DNA of 62,767 nucleotides, filler included, from Chiloscyllium plagiosum (taxonomy: Eukaryota), in the NCBI RefSeq assembly GCF_004010195.1. It is 3 parts of 2 records of this genome, joined end to end, with 100 filler letters (N's around TTAATTAATTAA, not from the genome) between each part and the next. Parts side by side here need not be neighbours in the genome. Positions count along the whole stretch, not along the records: positions 48,061 to 62,767 come from NC_057717.1; 2 more parts are not named here. One strand, written 5' to 3'. The notes beneath the pieces are model-generated. The model was not told where the DNA came from. It did not search any database and saw nothing but the letters and a program-made list of their open reading frames with translations. Of this stretch, positions 62,712 to 62,767 are shown piece after piece; the first letter of the stretch is position 1; each line of letters starts with the position of its first letter. A program made the position numbers and the translations under genes.

Positions 62712-62767
62712 AGGAGAAAGTGAGGTCTGCAGACGCTGGAGATCAAAGTTGAAACTTTATTGCTGGA
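62712..62767 (-). mobile_element. Start of another PLE terminal fragment, cut by the window end
   Basis: ggagaaagtgaggtctgcagacgctggagatc..tgctgga matches family 1. Confidence 0.7.

Overview
Vertebrate genomic DNA, almost certainly from a shark or other elasmobranch (HE1-type SINEs, Deu-domain SINEs, CR1 LINEs, Penelope-like elements, Gmr1-type Gypsy). There are two host genes, both on the minus strand. (1) The 5' part of an AKAP11(-like) gene: five coding exons read directly with GT-AG boundaries (32359-32415, 24787-24897, 20169-20225, 11923-12057, 2708-2960; 204 codons + 1 nt), a probable non-coding first exon near 43035-43140, and a CpG-rich promoter built from a 24-bp tandem array of CCAAT boxes plus a perfect DR1 element. 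The gene continues off the left edge. (2) The large 3' coding exon of a GPR139/GPR142-like class A GPCR (59875-60782), whose first exon was not found. The rest is mostly mobile DNA: a decayed full-length Gmr1-like LTR retrotransposon with integrase before RT (48109-55180), a solo LTR, CR1 and Rex1 LINE fragments, SINEs, and many Penelope-derived fold-back insertions carrying minimal hammerhead-ribozyme cores (four sequence families), many with their own 9-16 bp flanking duplication. A degenerate 38-bp array of about 21 RFX X-box-like units lies just 3' of the GPCR. Two 100-nt N44-TTAATTAATTAA-N44 spacers are assembly artefacts. All assignments were made by eye and from remembered family motifs; no searches were run, and repeat boundaries are approximate.
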